DNA from: Rickettsiales bacterium | GTDB taxonomy: Bacteria > Pseudomonadota > Alphaproteobacteria > Methylaequorales > Methylaequoraceae | NCBI GenBank assembly: GCA_002690595.1 | Contig: NZFI01000057.1 | Location: 1 to 39,183, forward strand | DNA length: 39,183 nucleotides | Direction of reading: 5' to 3' | In this document: one piece after another, positions 37,139 to 39,183 of the stretch | Numbering within the stretch: position 1 is the stretch's first letter | Layout: every line of letters starts with the position of its first letter | Translations under genes and position numbers: made by a program | The notes under the pieces: generated by a model | Told to the model about the DNA's origin: nothing | What the model saw: the letters and a program-made list of their open reading frames with translations, nothing else | Database searches by the model: none

Positions 37139-37749
37139 AAGTTATATTTTATATTTTTAATTTTCTTTAACACATTATACCAACTTTTTTCTTGTTCAAT
37201 AATTTCTAAAACCTCAGGACCAATAATTTTCAGTGAATTATTTTTTTTTACATATTTTAGTATATTTTTATCAATAATTCCTTTTTTTTGTAAAACTTTA
37301 ATTCTAAGATCTTTAAATGTTTTTAAGTTTATTGATTTAATAAATATAACTCCATCTGAACTCATTTTATTACTCAACCAGCATGCGATAGAATCTGAGG
37401 TTGAATCCCAATTTTTTTCATAAGAACTATTTCTACTGAGGTGTCTAAGAGGCAACCAAATTTTAATATTTTTTTTTGAAAGTAAATCAGAATATTTTCT
37501 TGTAACTCTGACAAAAGGACATGTTTTATTGATTAATTCTGCATACTGTTCTGTCGCTTTAATAGCCATATAGTTTGCAAATTCATCATCAAAATTTAAA
37601 TATTTTTGTGATTTTCTCACTGCATCTGCAAAAATTCCACCACCAACTACCAATGTAATTGGTGTAGATCTAAATTTATTAAATAGTTTTAATAATTTTT
37701 TTAAATTTGGATTTGATAACCAACTTCCTCCAAGCTTTATTACCCACAT
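37135..37749 (-). CDS. Amino-acid-kinase-fold protein (Asp/Glu/uridylate kinase superfamily), cofactor-biosynthesis kinase candidate
   Basis: MWVIKLGGSW and LVVGGGIFAD are AAK-fold nucleotide-binding motifs. ATGA overlap with the downstream flavoprotein gene. Confidence 0.6.
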   Translation of the reverse strand: MWVIKLGGSWLSNPNLKKLLKLFNKFRSTPITLVVGGGIFADAVRKSQKYLNFDDEFANYMAIKATEQYAELINKTCPFVRVTRKYSDLLSKKNIKIWLPLRHLSRNSSYEKNWDSTSDSIACWLSNKMSSDGVIFIKSINLKTFKDLRIKVLQKKGIIDKNILKYVKKNNSLKIIGPEVLEIIEQEKSWYNVLKKIKNIKYNL

Positions 37750-37752
37750 GTA

Positions 37753-38235
37753 TTATTTTTTTATTTTTAATAATTTTCCAACTTTTTTTGTCAAAACTGA
37801 ATTATTTTCTCTGTAAATTTCAATTCCAACACTTTCAGTTTCTTTAAAAACTTCAAGTTTCTCTATTTTTACTCTTATGCTGAGAATTCTTTTTTCTGAG
37901 AAACATATCTTTGTAATTTTCTCTGCCAAAGTCTCTAAAAGTCCTATATGACCTTCATTAACTATAGATTTTATATCATTTACAATGTGTTCATATGAAA
38001 CAACATTATCTATATTATCTTCAGTTTTTTTCAAATCATCAGAAACTTTTATACTTAAACTAATAGAAATCTTCTGTTTTTTATTCTTTTCAAAATCATG
38101 AATACCAATCAAAGCTTTAAGCACTAAATTATTTATTAAGATGTCGTATGTCTTTGATTTTCTTCTTTTATCAAAATTTTCAGGAACCCAAGAACCAGTT
38201 GATAAAGCTTTAAATTTTTTGTATTTTGTCATCAT
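37753..38235 (-). CDS. Dihydroneopterin aldolase (FolB)-like protein
   Basis: L.L.ALIGIHDFEKNKKQKISISLSIKV...YEHIVNDI matches the FolB tunnelling-fold pattern. It has an N-terminal extension of about 30 aa. Confidence 0.6.
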   Translation of the reverse strand: MMTKYKKFKALSTGSWVPENFDKRRKSKTYDILINNLVLKALIGIHDFEKNKKQKISISLSIKVSDDLKKTEDNIDNVVSYEHIVNDIKSIVNEGHIGLLETLAEKITKICFSEKRILSIRVKIEKLEVFKETESVGIEIYRENNSVLTKKVGKLLKIKK

Positions 38236-38298
38236 AGAAATAAAGTATATAAATTCATGGTTGAAATATTATTACTAAATAGGCATAAAAGTAACATT

Positions 38299-39123
38299 AT
38301 GAAGAATAAAAATAAATTAATTAAAATTTTTCTTTTGATATTGATTTTTTTATTGAGCTCAAATAATGAAACTAACGTCTTGTTTGCTCAAGAAAATGAA
38401 GTTGATTTTTCTAATGCAATTGATGGCGAAGAGAAAAGAGCAAAGTGGGGAACTGAAGAATTTAAACAATCACTAATTGACGAAATGTCATCTGCCAATG
38501 TAAAATTATTTATTGAGCCACATTTAGTTTCTATTGAAGAACCATCCAGAATTTTTTACAAATTTACGAAAGAATCTACTCGAGAGGATAATTTTGTTGG
38601 AAACGTAGTATTAAATATTGTTAAAATTGATGATGAAAAAAGAAAATACATTACTTTTAGATATTTAAAGGGAAGAAATAAGGTTCGTTTTCCTCCACAA
38701 ATTGGTGCAAAAGGTAATCCTGTATTCATGCTTTTTTTTGAGAGAGATGCAAGGGATATGCAAAGATTAACAGGAGGCAATGCATTATTTTTCAGAAGCA
38801 GAATTAGGCATGCAATTGCTGCAACAGAAATTAAACAGACAACTATTAAATTTAAAGAAGAAGAATATCCGGCAACTGAAATTTATTTTCAACCTTTTTT
38901 GAAAACAAAATTAAAAAATAGAATATCACGTTACAAAACAAAGGAGTTTAGAGTAACTCTATCTGAAAATATACCTGGTCATATTTTTAAAATAGAAGCA
39001 TACTCCAAAGATACTGAAGATACAAAGGACACTATCAAAGAAACTCTTATCTACCAAGGTACAAAGACCAATAAACAATTAAGAGAAAATTTTAAAGAAA
39101 AAAAGGAGAAAAACAAACTATGA
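38299..39123 (+). CDS. Exported hypothetical protein
   Basis: I place the start at ATG 38299, which gives a classic signal peptide (MKNKNKLIKIFLLILIFLLSSNNETNVLFAQ). I recognise no family. Confidence 0.5.
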   Translation: MKNKNKLIKIFLLILIFLLSSNNETNVLFAQENEVDFSNAIDGEEKRAKWGTEEFKQSLIDEMSSANVKLFIEPHLVSIEEPSRIFYKFTKESTREDNFVGNVVLNIVKIDDEKRKYITFRYLKGRNKVRFPPQIGAKGNPVFMLFFERDARDMQRLTGGNALFFRSRIRHAIAATEIKQTTIKFKEEEYPATEIYFQPFLKTKLKNRISRYKTKEFRVTLSENIPGHIFKIEAYSKDTEDTKDTIKETLIYQGTKTNKQLRENFKEKKEKNKL

Positions 39124-39183
39124 AAAACAGCTCAATAATCATATTATTTATAATGTTTTTTACTCATATAATCACACCAAAAA
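39121..39183 (+). CDS. 5' fragment of a hypothetical membrane/secreted protein (runs off the window)
   Basis: ATG overlaps the upstream stop (ATGA). It reads MKNSSIIILFIMFFTHIITPK, a hydrophobic N-terminus. Only 21 codons are visible. Confidence 0.25.

Overview
This is a visibly AT-rich, very gene-dense bacterial chromosome segment with almost no intergenic DNA and many gene overlaps of 1-50 nt. GroEL and the other core proteins look alphaproteobacterial. From left to right the window holds: (1) groES-groEL behind a CIRCE operator; (2) the sulfate activation and reduction genes cysH-cysD-cysNC; (3) heme A synthase ctaA; (4) a beta-barrel outer-membrane protein; (5) a hopanoid island of about 14 kb (hpnB-hpnC-dxs-hpnD-hpnE-shc-hpnG on the plus strand, hpnA-ispH-hpnH plus an hpnH paralog on the minus strand, then hpnM); (6) directly abutting it, an island of about 17 kb for tetrahydromethanopterin (H4MPT)/methanofuran-dependent formaldehyde oxidation and cofactor synthesis. 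That island contains fhcB-fhcD-fhcC, a PCD-like gene, mptG-mtdB-ATP-grasp-mch-rimK-like-citG-like-fae, a hisA/F-like gene, an mfnD-like ATP-grasp, a hydantoinase-A (MfnF-like) gene, and the operon folB-like/amino-acid-kinase-fold/flavoprotein/DHPS-like/DUF447/mfnB. I saw no tRNA, rRNA, CRISPR array, transposase, integrase or phage gene, and no recognisable defence system. Six things are worth a second look. (a) The two hpnH genes are tandem paralogs, and one has lost two of the three radical-SAM cluster cysteines while everything else is conserved. (b) Three operon-internal genes (hpnE, an ATP-grasp gene, mfnB) have conserved N-terminal coding sequence upstream of any in-frame ATG/GTG/TTG. This implies AUA/AUU initiation next to the upstream stop codon. 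(c) The MfnF-like gene is split by a frameshift in an A13 tract. (d) The fhc operon lacks fhcA. (e) Convergent genes abut or overlap with no terminator between them. (f) The hopanoid and C1 islands are physically fused. All calls rest on reading the supplied ORF translations and the DNA by eye. No database search was run.
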